A DNA stretch of 14,994 nucleotides from Candidatus Micrarchaeota archaeon (GCA_040754495.1 JBFMCO010000027.1:1-14994), one strand, 5' to 3'. Counted from the stretch's first letter, positions 1 to 8,855 are shown. Notes: a model not told the origin generated them from the sequence alone. Numbers and translations are program-made.

Positions 1-168
1 GAGCCGAAAGCCGCCTACACGTACGACGCGGGCCCGAACGCTGTCGTGCTCACCCTGGAGAAGCACGAGAGGGACGTGCGCTCCATCCTTGAGGGCATAG
101 TAGGGGAGAACGTCACCGCGACGCGGATGGGCGAGGGGGCCCGCACCGTGACGGGCCATCTGTTCTGA
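1..168 (+). CDS. mvaD: Diphosphomevalonate decarboxylase (GHMP family), C-terminal fragment, 5'-truncated by the window
   Basis: Manual translation of frame 1: EPKAAYTYDAGPNAVVLTLEKHERDVRSILEGIVGENVTATRMGEGARTVTGHLF*. It contains the family motif (A)YT(F/Y)DAGPN and lies 10 nt upstream of a phosphomevalonate kinase. Confidence 0.88.
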   Translation, partial: EPKAAYTYDAGPNAVVLTLEKHERDVRSILEGIVGENVTATRMGEGARTVTGHLF

Positions 169-178
169 AGGTGCGTTC

Positions 179-1327
179 ATGAAGGTCACTGCTCCGGGGA
201 AGATTCTTCTGCTTGGCGGGTTTGCGGTGCTTGAGCACCACCCGGGCCTCAGCATCGCGCTCCTCGACAAGGACTCCATGGGGGCGAGCGCCACCGGAAC
301 TAAGGGAGCGCTCAGGATAATATCGAAGGAGTTCGGAATAGACAGGGAGCTTCGCGCAGAAACGCCCCTTGCGGCCATAAATTCCGCAACGGGCGGCGAG
401 AGGATTGCGGTCTGCGCCTACGCGACCGCGCTTGCTTACCTGTCAGAAAAGGGCATCAGGCCGGAGCCGGTCGCAATCGAGCTTGAGAACAGCCCCATCT
501 TCGGGGCAAAGGACGAGAAGAGCGGCCTCGGAAGCTCGGCCGCCTCGACCGTCGCGCTCATCGCATGCGCGCTCGGCGAGAACGGCATCGACATAAACTC
601 AGAACGCGAAACAGTCCATCGCCTCGCCCAGGTATCCCATGCGGTCGCGACCGGCAAGGTCGGGGGAGGCTTTGACATAGCGACCTCGGCCTATGGCACG
701 ATAAAATACTCCAGATACAGGAAGGGCGTCATCCGCATCAACCCGGAATCGTCGGACGAAGCATCTTTCCGCAGGGACGTCCTGCGCATCGTAGCCGGGG
801 AGTGGCCGGGGCTTTCCATCGAGCCGATTCCGGCCGGGAAATTCGACATCCTCGCGTTCAACATAAAAGGGGCGAAGACCTCGACCGTCTGCGCCGTGCG
901 CGCGCTTGTGAAGCTCGCTGAATATGCGCCGGAGCTGTATTCCACGCTCCTCCGGGCCCAGGCCGAAGGCGAGGCCGTCGTGTTCCGGGGCCTCGCGGAG
1001 GGCGACAAGGCAGGGGTTCGGGGGGGGATGCACATGGCAAGGGCCGCCCAGCGCCGCATGAGCGAGTGGGTGGTCCGCGTGGGCATGATGTTCTTCGACC
1101 CCATCGAGCCTAAGGAGCTGACAGCCATAATCGACGAAGCCGAGAAGCTGGAGGGTGTGGTGGCCGGCAGGTGCCCTGGCGCAGGGGGATATGATAGCGT
1201 TGCTTTTCTGGTGGAGAAGGCCGATGCGAAGACGATAAGCGCCATCCGGGAGATAGCAAAAGGCAAGGGCCTCTCACTTGAGCATATAGACGCGAGAATC
1301 AGCAGGGACGGATACCGCGCGCTCTAG
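179..1327 (+). CDS. ERG8: Phosphomevalonate kinase, ERG8 (fungal/plant)-type GHMP kinase
   Basis: Motifs TAPGKILLLGGFAVL, KSGLGSSAA, GKVGGGFDIATSAYGTI and PGAGGYDSV match the ERG8-type pattern (APGK.LL.GG..VL, KTGLGSSA, GK.GSGFD.A.A.YG, PGAGGYD). Adjacent to mvaD. Confidence 0.85.
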   Translation: MKVTAPGKILLLGGFAVLEHHPGLSIALLDKDSMGASATGTKGALRIISKEFGIDRELRAETPLAAINSATGGERIAVCAYATALAYLSEKGIRPEPVAIELENSPIFGAKDEKSGLGSSAASTVALIACALGENGIDINSERETVHRLAQVSHAVATGKVGGGFDIATSAYGTIKYSRYRKGVIRINPESSDEASFRRDVLRIVAGEWPGLSIEPIPAGKFDILAFNIKGAKTSTVCAVRALVKLAEYAPELYSTLLRAQAEGEAVVFRGLAEGDKAGVRGGMHMARAAQRRMSEWVVRVGMMFFDPIEPKELTAIIDEAEKLEGVVAGRCPGAGGYDSVAFLVEKADAKTISAIREIAKGKGLSLEHIDARISRDGYRAL

Positions 1328-1331
1328 CGGG

Positions 1332-1703
1332 TTATCCTGTTTCCAGCGGGCAGCCAGTCTTGGTGGAGAGCTCCCGGAAAGACATCAGGCCGCTTTCCCT
1401 GCTCCCGTCTTCGAACTCCCATGTCGGGTAGCCCTTGATGCCGGCCGCGGTGCACTCGGGCTTCTGCGAGCCGTCCGGCTCAGAGCACTCGATGTAATTG
1501 ACATATTTCCAGCTGTTCCCGAACGCCTCCTTCTGGTCCTTGCAGTGCGGGCACCAGTAAGCGCCGTACATCTTCGCCCCCTTGTCGCTGAGGCATTGCG
1601 CGAAATCATCGTACTGGCCAGGGGTGTTCGCCAGCAGGAGGAAAGCCGCGGCAAGGACCACGACAATGACGCCCGCTATTATGACTGGCTGGGAAACTTG
1701 CAT
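1332..1703 (-). CDS. Membrane-anchored thioredoxin-fold protein (resembles the Trx domain fused to cyanobacterial VKOR)
   Basis: N-terminal hydrophobic anchor, YGAYWCPHC redox motif, YIEC...C..AGIKGYPTW with the cis-Pro motif, and a terminal GC. Confidence 0.85.
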   Translation of the reverse strand: MQVSQPVIIAGVIVVVLAAAFLLLANTPGQYDDFAQCLSDKGAKMYGAYWCPHCKDQKEAFGNSWKYVNYIECSEPDGSQKPECTAAGIKGYPTWEFEDGSRESGLMSFRELSTKTGCPLETG

Positions 1704-1725
1704 GGTACGTATCTTCCGGTGATGG

Positions 1726-1733
1726 TTTAAATA
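1726..1733 (-). promoter_or_regulatory. TATA box for the thioredoxin-fold gene (probably leaderless mRNA)
   Basis: Minus strand reads TATTTAAA, ending about 22 nt before the ATG at 1703. Confidence 0.55.
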
Positions 1734-1736
1734 CTT

Positions 1737-2543
1737 TCAGTCCGGCGTCCGCGGCCGCTCCATGCCGCCTGCAATCCCGGAGAACACGACCTTCCCGTCC
1801 CTGAAAACCACCAGGTGGCCTTTCGAGAACGGTATCCAGGGCTCGTTCGTAAGGGGGCATGTCGCGACCACGAAGCCGTGCACCCCCTTGTGCGCGTCCC
1901 TGCCCAGGTCTATCTCGAAATCCTGGTCGAGGAGCTTCACCTTTCCATAGGGCGGCACCCTGCTGACAAGGTAAAGGGGGCGCTTCCCGTCCGCGCCCCG
2001 GTAGGCGAACAGGTGCTCGCCGTCCGAGAGGAGGCAGTTCATGAAGCCGAGCCTGTTTATGCGCGAGAGTTGCGAGAGCAGCCAGCGGAAATCCTCCGCG
2101 CCCCAGGACCGGACTCCGCGCTTCCTGATGCGCTCGAGAAGATGGCAGAACGCGTGCTCCGAATCGGTCGTGCCGATGGGGCGGTAGGCCCCGAGTGCCA
2201 GCCTGCCATACCCTTTCAGGGTCCCGTTGTGCGCGAAAACGTAGTCCCGGCCGCCCATCTCCCTCTCGAATGGGTGGGTGTTCATCCGGTTGTGGCTGCC
2301 GACTGTCGCGTGCCGGACGTGCGCGAGGACGATTTTCGAGCGGAGGTTCTCGTAGCCTTTCAGGAAATTCGACAGCCTGCTCGCGCCTGCGTTGATGGGC
2401 TCCTTGATGACCTGCGCGGAATGGTCCGGATAGAATGCCACGCCCCAGCCGTGGCGGTTGATGCGGCCCCTGCTCCGGAATCCCGTGAAAGAGATGCTGG
2501 GCCGGATAGGGCTGTTGAAGCTCATGCCAAGCAGTTCGCACAT
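1737..2543 (-). CDS. Class II glutamine amidotransferase, YafJ/EgtC-like (GATase_4)
   Basis: N-terminal nucleophile Cys (MCELLG), HGWGVAFY, AHVRHAT, NTHPF, FAHNG, GTTDSEHAF and LLSDGE motifs. Confidence 0.9.
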   Translation of the reverse strand: MCELLGMSFNSPIRPSISFTGFRSRGRINRHGWGVAFYPDHSAQVIKEPINAGASRLSNFLKGYENLRSKIVLAHVRHATVGSHNRMNTHPFEREMGGRDYVFAHNGTLKGYGRLALGAYRPIGTTDSEHAFCHLLERIRKRGVRSWGAEDFRWLLSQLSRINRLGFMNCLLSDGEHLFAYRGADGKRPLYLVSRVPPYGKVKLLDQDFEIDLGRDAHKGVHGFVVATCPLTNEPWIPFSKGHLVVFRDGKVVFSGIAGGMERPRTPD

Positions 2544-2580
2544 GTTATCCCTTCTGCTATCGCACGATTTCTGGTCGAAA

Positions 2581-2588
2581 TATTAAAA
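2581..2588 (+). promoter_or_regulatory. BRE/TATA promoter of the cupredoxin gene
   Basis: CGAAA followed by TATTAAAA, about 25 nt before the ATG at 2614. Confidence 0.55.
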
Positions 2589-2613
2589 AGCGTTGCCCGC
2601 CTTTCCAGGAATT

Positions 2614-2985
2614 ATGAAAAAGCTGCTGGTATTGTTGGCATTTGGAATACTGCTGCTCGGCTGCACGCAGAGCGGCGGCGGGGCGCCTGCCGGAGGGCAG
2701 CCCTCAGGCGGGGGAGCGGGTTCGGGAGGCAGCGGCGGAAGCGGCACGTCCGTGACCATACAGGGCTTCGCTTTCAGCCCGGCTGACCTCACGGTGGCCA
2801 AGGGCACGACCGTGACCTGGACGAACCAGGACAGCGCGCCGCACACCGTGAAATTCGGCGACGGCACGGAATCCCCGACGCTCTCGAAGGGGCAGAGCTA
2901 CAGCCGCACCTTCAGCGAGGCCGGGGAGTTCTCCTATATATGCGGCATCCACCCCTCGATGACCGGCAAGGTCAAGGTGTCGTAG
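2614..2985 (+). CDS. Plastocyanin/azurin-family blue copper protein with lipoprotein-type signal
   Basis: MKKLLVLL...LLGC signal, a Gly/Ser linker, and type-1 copper ligands in APHTV and YICGIHPSM. Start moved from 2593 to 2614 to fit the signal peptide and promoter spacing. Confidence 0.9.
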   Translation: MKKLLVLLAFGILLLGCTQSGGGAPAGGQPSGGGAGSGGSGGSGTSVTIQGFAFSPADLTVAKGTTVTWTNQDSAPHTVKFGDGTESPTLSKGQSYSRTFSEAGEFSYICGIHPSMTGKVKVS

Positions 2986-2997
2986 CCCGGCTTGCCC

Positions 2998-3013
2998 TCT
3001 TCTTTTTTCTTTT
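2998..3013 (+). terminator. Oligo-T archaeal terminator after the cupredoxin gene
   Basis: TCTTCTTTTTTCTTTT starts 12 nt after the stop codon. Confidence 0.5.
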
Positions 3014-3069
3014 AAGTGATAGAAAATGAACATATGTATATAAAGACTTCAGGGCAAACAGTATAGATT

Positions 3070-3852
3070 ATGCGGGTATGGCCGTTCAGCAGGCCCAGGC
3101 TGAGGGATGTCGAGGAATGCCAGCCCGAGCTGCAGAAATCAGGCAAGGTCCTTTTCTTCGCGCCGCACACGAGCGAGCGCATGGCCACGCTTCCGCTGAT
3201 TTCCAGGCTCAGCAAGGGGCTGGGGGAGGCGGGCCTGGAATGCCAGACCCACTCGATTGACGACATGAACGCCGCAGTCCTGAGCGTGTCCGCGCATTTG
3301 TCATCGGAGAGGTTCTCCAGGCGCGAGAGGAATACGCTCGATGGCATGTTCAGGCTGAAGGACGCGATGACGAGGCTTTCCATAGCCTGCAGGATGCTGA
3401 TTGCGAACCCGGATGCCCTGATGCTGGAGATGCATGCCTTGGACCGGGACTACCAGGAAAAGGACCGGTTCGATGCAGGCAGCTATTTTTACCGGATACC
3501 TGGCAGCCGGGTTCTTTACCTCAGGGATTACGAGGGGGAGTATGCCGGGCCGGTAAGGCGGGGCCTGAGGCTGCTCGGGGAAGGCGGGGGCAGGGGCCTC
3601 ACAGAGGCGAAGGCAGTCCTTTGCCTTGACGGGCGGGAAATCAGCGAGTCGGCCCTGACGATGCTGTCGATATTGAGGCTTAACCTGCAGAGGGCGGCGC
3701 TGATAGAGATACCCGCGCCGTCCGTCCATGAGAACGAAGACGAGCATTTCGGGGCCGGAACGCGGTTCGAGAAGGCGTATGCGCTGAGCGCCTCCCTCAA
3801 GCACACGCTGGGCGAGGGGGACATATCCGCCATCATGCGGGCGATTATCTAG
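3070..3852 (+). CDS. Hypothetical alpha/beta protein
   Basis: 260-aa ORF filling the gap, with an upstream TATATAAA (3047-3054) and GC-rich third positions. No family recognised with confidence. Confidence 0.7.
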   Translation: MRVWPFSRPRLRDVEECQPELQKSGKVLFFAPHTSERMATLPLISRLSKGLGEAGLECQTHSIDDMNAAVLSVSAHLSSERFSRRERNTLDGMFRLKDAMTRLSIACRMLIANPDALMLEMHALDRDYQEKDRFDAGSYFYRIPGSRVLYLRDYEGEYAGPVRRGLRLLGEGGGRGLTEAKAVLCLDGREISESALTMLSILRLNLQRAALIEIPAPSVHENEDEHFGAGTRFEKAYALSASLKHTLGEGDISAIMRAII

Positions 3853-3854
3853 CC

Positions 3855-4640
3855 TCAGCGCATCCGGTTCCATTCCTCTTTCCGATAACGCGACCCTGCA
3901 AGCTCCTCTGCCCGGGATATCTCGCTTGCGGACAGCGCACCGAATGCCACTTCCTTGCCGGCGCTGAAGCCCGAGAGGAGGGCGCGGTAGAGCTCGTCGC
4001 GGCTTACGCTCTTCTGCTGCCTGACGGACGTGACGCGCTCCTTGACGGAGCTGATGAGCTTGTCCTTTATCTTCTCGTCCGAAACCCTGAGGAGGGAGAA
4101 CATGCGCTCCGCATCGACCCCGTACAGGATGGTGCCGTGCTGGAGAAGGACGCCGCCCCGCCGCGTCTGGGCGTTTCCTGATATTTTCTTCCCTCCCACT
4201 ACGATGTCGTTGATGGGCCTGAACTCGGAAGGGATGCCGAGTATGGAGAGCGAGTCCGTAATCCAGCCGCAAATCAGCCGGTATGAGGCAATGATGTCCT
4301 TCGGGAAAAGCGCTTCCCGGCCGATGACGCTGTATGTTATCTCGTCTATCGTGTCGTGATAGACCGCGCCGCCGCCGGTCCTGCGCCTCACGATGTCCAC
4401 TCCTTCCTTCGCGCACCTTGCCGAATCCACCTCTTTTTCCAGGCTCTGGAAGTAGCCGATGGACACCGCGGACGGCTTCCAGCCGTAGAAGCGGACGGTG
4501 GGCAATGACGCTCCGGACGCGACGGCCTCGCTCACGGCCTCGTCTATCGCCATGTTGAGGAATGCATCGTTCTCCGTATAATCGATGACGCGCCACCTCA
4601 GCGAGGGTCCCCCGTTTCCGGTTCCCGGTTTCGTGTTCAT
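3855..4640 (-). CDS. lplA: Lipoate-protein ligase A, catalytic subunit
   Basis: NMAIDEA, RRRTGGGAVYHD, KKISGNAQ (catalytic Lys) and LQHGT motifs. Confidence 0.93.
   Translation of the reverse strand: MNTKPGTGNGGPSLRWRVIDYTENDAFLNMAIDEAVSEAVASGASLPTVRFYGWKPSAVSIGYFQSLEKEVDSARCAKEGVDIVRRRTGGGAVYHDTIDEITYSVIGREALFPKDIIASYRLICGWITDSLSILGIPSEFRPINDIVVGGKKISGNAQTRRGGVLLQHGTILYGVDAERMFSLLRVSDEKIKDKLISSVKERVTSVRQQKSVSRDELYRALLSGFSAGKEVAFGALSASEISRAEELAGSRYRKEEWNRMR
4613..4633 (-). repeat. Three degenerate heptamers (CGAAACC GGGAACC GGAAACG) in the 5' end of lplA
   Basis: Read directly. Same consensus as the arrays at 6919 and 10191. Confidence 0.55.
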
Positions 4641-4912
4641 CCGCCCACCGCCTTCCTGAAAATCCTCGCGAGGTCGCCGCAGGTGGCGCCTATCAGGAGC
4701 GCGCCGCCGAGGGCCGCACTCAGCCTTTCTGCTGCTTCCGCTTCCGGAATCGAGAGCGGGGCGCTGACCAGCGCCTTCTCCAGCGCGTCTATGGCCTCTT
4801 CTGGGTGAAGGAAGAAATCGCCGGTTATCCTAATTTGCGCGACCTTACCGCCCTCTGCCCGCACTTCTATGCATACGAGCTTGCCGCCAGGGACTTTCTC
4901 CTCGCACCTCAT
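4637..4912 (-). CDS. lplB: Lipoate-protein ligase accessory subunit (stand-alone C-terminal domain, LplB)
   Basis: KVPGGKLV...I.ITGDFFLHPEEAI..LE..L motif. Its stop overlaps the lplA start (ATGA). Confidence 0.88.
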   Translation of the reverse strand: MRCEEKVPGGKLVCIEVRAEGGKVAQIRITGDFFLHPEEAIDALEKALVSAPLSIPEAEAAERLSAALGGALLIGATCGDLARIFRKAVGG

Positions 4913-4942
4913 GAGCTGATATCCGCGGGAAAGGATAATAAT

Positions 4943-6100
4943 TCATCCGGCAGGCTCTGCAGAGATGACGGCGCGCCCGAAGGCCACGAAGAGGAGGAGG
5001 GAAAGGGAAAGGACGATGAAGAGCGGGGCGAAGCCGAAATTGGCCACAAGGAGGCCGCCCATGGAGAGGAAGAGGAACTCGGCGATTTTAAGCGGGGAAT
5101 AGAGCACCCCGATGTCCGTGGACACGTCCTTGCTCCTGAAAACCTGGTCCACGAGGAGGTATTCGCCGATGATGTTGCCGCATCCCATGCCGAGGGCGAC
5201 AAGCGCGAGCAGCGGAAGCGCCTCATGCGCCCCGAACGGGATGAGGGCGAGCGCCGGGACGCTGAGCAGCGTGAGGAGGAGGACGGTCCTCTTCGAGAGG
5301 TGCATCTTCATGAAGAGCAGAGCGAAGGCCGCCGTGGCTATCGACATGAGGGCAAGGACGAGGCCGACCTCCGCATAGCCCATCTTCAGGGAGGTTATGA
5401 GGTATATAGGTATGACGAATCCTATTAGCATGTTGTAGGGGAGCCAGACCAGGAGCTGCAGTATGGCGGCGTGCCAGAACGTCGGCGGGCGCTGCTTGGA
5501 TATGCGCTGGAGGTTGTGTTTCCCGAGACTCAGGGTTCTTCCGCCCTTGGTGCGGGGCCACATTATCAGGCCCGCCAGGACGAGCGACAGGAGGAGCAGG
5601 AATTCGAATGCCCCCTCGAAAGCGAGATAGGCGAGCAGGAAGCCGATTGCGAGCCGGCCAAGGCCGTCGGCAAGCTGCCTCATGTTGGAAAAACGCGCGA
5701 GGGCGGTTCCCGGGTCGGCGCCTTTGAGCCTTTCGAATACCTCGGTGCGGGCGATCGCCCAGAAGCCCGATGCCCTCGCGCCTTCTGCAAGCGTCGCCAC
5801 CGCGAACCCGAGCGGGGAGACTACGAGCAGGTAGAGCATGAAGGACGCCAGGTTGGAGGCCGAGTATATCGCGGATATCGCCTTCGTGCCGATTTCATCC
5901 GCCATGCTGGCAAGAAGGATGCGTATTACCATGAACGAAAGCGGCCCCACTGAAAGGATGACGCCTATCCAGGTGATATCCACGTCGCGGTCGACGAGGT
6001 ACAGGGGCACGGCGACCGCCATGGCTGCCACTATGAACGTATAGAGCATGTGCCGGACCAGGAGCTGCTGGAGCTCTGGATTGTCATGGCCGTCGTCCAT
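4943..6100 (-). CDS. Major facilitator superfamily transporter
   Basis: 385 aa with about 12 hydrophobic segments in two halves, and an MFS motif-A-like LASMADEIGTK loop. Confidence 0.85.
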   Translation of the reverse strand: MDDGHDNPELQQLLVRHMLYTFIVAAMAVAVPLYLVDRDVDITWIGVILSVGPLSFMVIRILLASMADEIGTKAISAIYSASNLASFMLYLLVVSPLGFAVATLAEGARASGFWAIARTEVFERLKGADPGTALARFSNMRQLADGLGRLAIGFLLAYLAFEGAFEFLLLLSLVLAGLIMWPRTKGGRTLSLGKHNLQRISKQRPPTFWHAAILQLLVWLPYNMLIGFVIPIYLITSLKMGYAEVGLVLALMSIATAAFALLFMKMHLSKRTVLLLTLLSVPALALIPFGAHEALPLLALVALGMGCGNIIGEYLLVDQVFRSKDVSTDIGVLYSPLKIAEFLFLSMGGLLVANFGFAPLFIVLSLSLLLFVAFGRAVISAEPAG

Positions 6101-6172
6101 TCTTACACCCGGGAGGGGTGATGATGGTTACACTCCTCCGGGTTAAAAGGATTTGGCTGGAAAATTGCATCC

Positions 6173-7045
6173 GTGGACATCGAGATCGCCGGGAAAAAGT
6201 ATGCCGTGGAGCGCACCCTCAGCAGGAACAGGAACGCCTGGGCAAGGCTGAGACGGGGCACAATACGCATCAGCATCCCTGCCCGCTGGCCCGCGCATGA
6301 GCGCGAGAGGACGGGCGAAGACCTGCTCCGGAGGGCGATACGCTCCATCGAGACCGGCAGGTGGAAAGACGATGCGAACACGAAGGTCGGGTTCCGGAAC
6401 GGCCAGCGGATTTCCGCGATGGGAAGGGATTTCGGGGTGGAGTTTCTGCCTTCGGGAAGGTTCGGGTGCCGTCTTGATGGCGGGCGCATATCGGTAAGGG
6501 TGGTGGAAACGCACCCGGACAAGGAGAAGAAGGCGTCAGCGCTCATCCGGCGCAAAATCGTGGAGGCCGTCATGGATGATTTGCTCGCGCGGGTGCATTC
6601 GCTCAACCGCCAGCATTTCAATTCCGAAATCCGAGGCGTCAGGATTCGGGACAACACGAGCAGGTGGGGGAGCTGCTCCCGCGACGGCTCGATCAGCCTG
6701 AATTTCAGGCTCCTCCTCATGCCGCAGGAGATACTCGATTACGTCATAATCCACGAGCTTGCGCATACAAGATACCGGAGCCACGGGCCGCGGTTCTGGG
6801 CCCTTGTAGAGAAGGCTGTCCCTGACCACATGGAAAGGAGGAGGTGGCTGGGGGAGAACGGCTGGAGATATCCGGATTCCGGTTTCCAGCCGCCAGTTTC
6901 CGGTCCCGAAACCCAAGGCCAAACCCAAAACTCAAAACCCGAAACCGAAAACCCGCCCGTGCAAGACCGGAAACCGGATGCCGGGAACGGAAACCCCCCT
7001 CCCGGCCAGCAGAAGCTCGAGGACTTTTACGAAGAGCCATACTGA
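6173..7045 (+). CDS. ygjP: YgjP/DUF45 (M48-like/SprT-like) zinc metalloprotein with low-complexity C-terminal tail
   Basis: SRWGSCS, ISLNFRLL, DYVIIHELAH (HExxH) and HGPRFWALV motifs. GTG start. Confidence 0.88.
   Translation: MDIEIAGKKYAVERTLSRNRNAWARLRRGTIRISIPARWPAHERERTGEDLLRRAIRSIETGRWKDDANTKVGFRNGQRISAMGRDFGVEFLPSGRFGCRLDGGRISVRVVETHPDKEKKASALIRRKIVEAVMDDLLARVHSLNRQHFNSEIRGVRIRDNTSRWGSCSRDGSISLNFRLLLMPQEILDYVIIHELAHTRYRSHGPRFWALVEKAVPDHMERRRWLGENGWRYPDSGFQPPVSGPETQGQTQNSKPETENPPVQDRKPDAGNGNPPPGQQKLEDFYEEPY
6919..6953 (+). repeat. Five tandem degenerate heptamers (CCAAACC CAAAACT CAAAACC CGAAACC GAAAACC) within the ygjP tail
   Basis: Read directly. Further GGAAACC-like units flank it on both strands (about 6879-6996). 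Confidence 0.7.
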
Positions 7046-7049
7046 AGCG

Positions 7050-7463
7050 TCATTCTCCGATTACCTTCACGAGCACGCGCTTCTGCCTCTGCCCGTCGAA
7101 CTCGAAATAGAATATCTGCTCCCATGTGCCGAGGTCGAGCTTCCCGCCCGTTACCGCCATGACCGCCTGGTGCCCCATGAGCTGGCGCCAGATGTGCGCG
7201 GCTGCGTTATCCTCCCCCGTGTCGTTGTGCCGGTAATCCGCGCCGTATGGGACGAGCTTCTCCAGGATGCGGAGGTAGTCCCCGTGGAGGCCTGACTCGT
7301 TGTCGTTCACGATGACCGCGGCGGTTATGTGCATCGGATTGACCAGCACGAGCCCTTCCTTCACGCCGGAATCGCGCACGACATCCTCGACCTTGTCCGT
7401 TATCCGCACAATCTGGAGCTTCTTCTCGGTCCTGAATGTCAGGTAGGCGGTCTTGGATTTCAT
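7050..7463 (-). CDS. yjbQ: YjbQ (UPF0047, secondary thiamine-phosphate synthase-like) protein
   Basis: [25 protein letters not shown] and [14 protein letters not shown] motifs. Start set at 7463, which is preceded by a GGTGA ribosome-binding site. Confidence 0.92.
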   Translation of the reverse strand: MKSKTAYLTFRTEKKLQIVRITDKVEDVVRDSGVKEGLVLVNPMHITAAVIVNDNESGLHGDYLRILEKLVPYGADYRHNDTGEDNAAAHIWRQLMGHQAVMAVTGGKLDLGTWEQIFYFEFDGQRQKRVLVKVIGE

Positions 7464-7467
7464 CGCA

Positions 7468-8790
7468 TCACCGCGGCTGGGGATATGCATAAGGGGATAT
7501 CGCATCGCGCGCCTTGGCGAACTGCGCCTTGGCTGCTGCGAAATCCTTCGCGTCCAACGCCCCCACTGCCTTGTCCAGAGCTTCCAGCACCGGGCCGAGA
7601 TAGCCGTCCGGCTCCTTCGACAGCTCCTCCAGGATGAAGTGCGGCTTGTTCGCCTTCACGAACAGGATGAGCGAATCCACATGCTCTCTCGCCCTTGCCT
7701 TGTCGTCCTTCAGTATGCACCTGTAAATCGCCCTGAAGCGCCCGAGCTGGTAGTCCACGTTCATGCCGACCTTCGGCTGCACGCCGGATTCCGCAAGCGC
7801 TATCAGGCGCTCCGCATCGCGGCCATCGCGCCTTTTCACCTGGAACTGCCCCGCGTTCTCCTTCATGAAATCCAGGACTGGCTGCTTGTGCTTCCTGTAG
7901 CGGAGCTTCCTGCGCAATTGCGCGAGAACTTCCAGTTTGGCATTGTCCTTCTCGCAATAATCGCGGATGATTTCCGGAATCTCGGCAAAACGGGCGAACT
8001 GCGCGAAAAGCCACTTGTCGCGCTCCGGGCGCATCGAGCATTCCCGGAGGCTGTTGTGCTCGACGATGCCTGCCACCTGCTTGTCCCGCCAATCGCCGAG
8101 CCGGTTGCGGACCGCCACGAAAAGCGAGCACGCTGCCCCGACCGTGAAGCCCCTCTTGTCTTCCGGCCTCGCGAGGGCCTCGTCGAGCTTCCGGATTGTC
8201 TCTTTTATCCTTGCCGGGGCGACCACTTTCTTGACCACGACTTCCTTGCTCTCGAGCGCCGCGGCGACCGATTCGAGGACCGCAACCGCCCCCCTGAGCT
8301 CGGCATCCGTATAGCGCACCTTTCCGTCCGCGCCTTTCTTCCTGTTTGCAAGCTCCAGGTTCGCCTGCGTGAGCGCATCCACGAGCTCGTCGGTCTTTGC
8401 CATTTCAATCTGGTAGCTCTGCCGCACGTGCTTGAGCACGCGCACCGCGCTGATGATGTGCGTGTCGAAGCGGACGAGCTTCCTCGGGATGTCGCCGTCC
8501 TTGAGCCTCGCCTCGATTTCCGGCCAGGGCTTCCCCTCGAGCTTCTCCTTGTCCTCTTTCTTGAAGCCCATGCGGACGTACCAGCGGTCGACGACTATGT
8601 GGAACGCGCCATGGCGCCGCGTCTCCCGGACCCTTCCTTCCTCGTCCCTGCCGAGCGCGAAATCCCCGCTCCTTCTTGCGAGCCCTTCGTGCTGCTCGCG
8701 GCCCGCCCGGAATTTCGATGCCCTATCTGCGGCGCGCCTCTGATTTGCCGCCTGGAATTGTGTGCTGACCGTATTTCCCATGCAAGACAC
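7468..8790 (-). CDS. Hypothetical, predominantly helical and basic protein (start may be 8781)
   Basis: 440-aa ORF with natural composition. Its stop codon lies inside the yjbQ ribosome-binding site. Confidence 0.8.
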   Translation of the reverse strand: MSCMGNTVSTQFQAANQRRAADRASKFRAGREQHEGLARRSGDFALGRDEEGRVRETRRHGAFHIVVDRWYVRMGFKKEDKEKLEGKPWPEIEARLKDGDIPRKLVRFDTHIISAVRVLKHVRQSYQIEMAKTDELVDALTQANLELANRKKGADGKVRYTDAELRGAVAVLESVAAALESKEVVVKKVVAPARIKETIRKLDEALARPEDKRGFTVGAACSLFVAVRNRLGDWRDKQVAGIVEHNSLRECSMRPERDKWLFAQFARFAEIPEIIRDYCEKDNAKLEVLAQLRRKLRYRKHKQPVLDFMKENAGQFQVKRRDGRDAERLIALAESGVQPKVGMNVDYQLGRFRAIYRCILKDDKARAREHVDSLILFVKANKPHFILEELSKEPDGYLGPVLEALDKAVGALDAKDFAAAKAQFAKARDAISPYAYPQPR

Positions 8791-8855
8791 TTCCGGTCAA
8801 TGGTTATTTATTCTCCGTCTCCCGCCCTTTCAGTACGGCCGCAGCCAGCAGGAAT

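Noticed and set aside
3301-4596. 431-aa minus ORF, and similar long alternates (1606-2541, 1815-2786, 4805-5428)
   Set aside because: Arg/Gly/Pro-rich off-frame or antisense shadows of well-supported genes.
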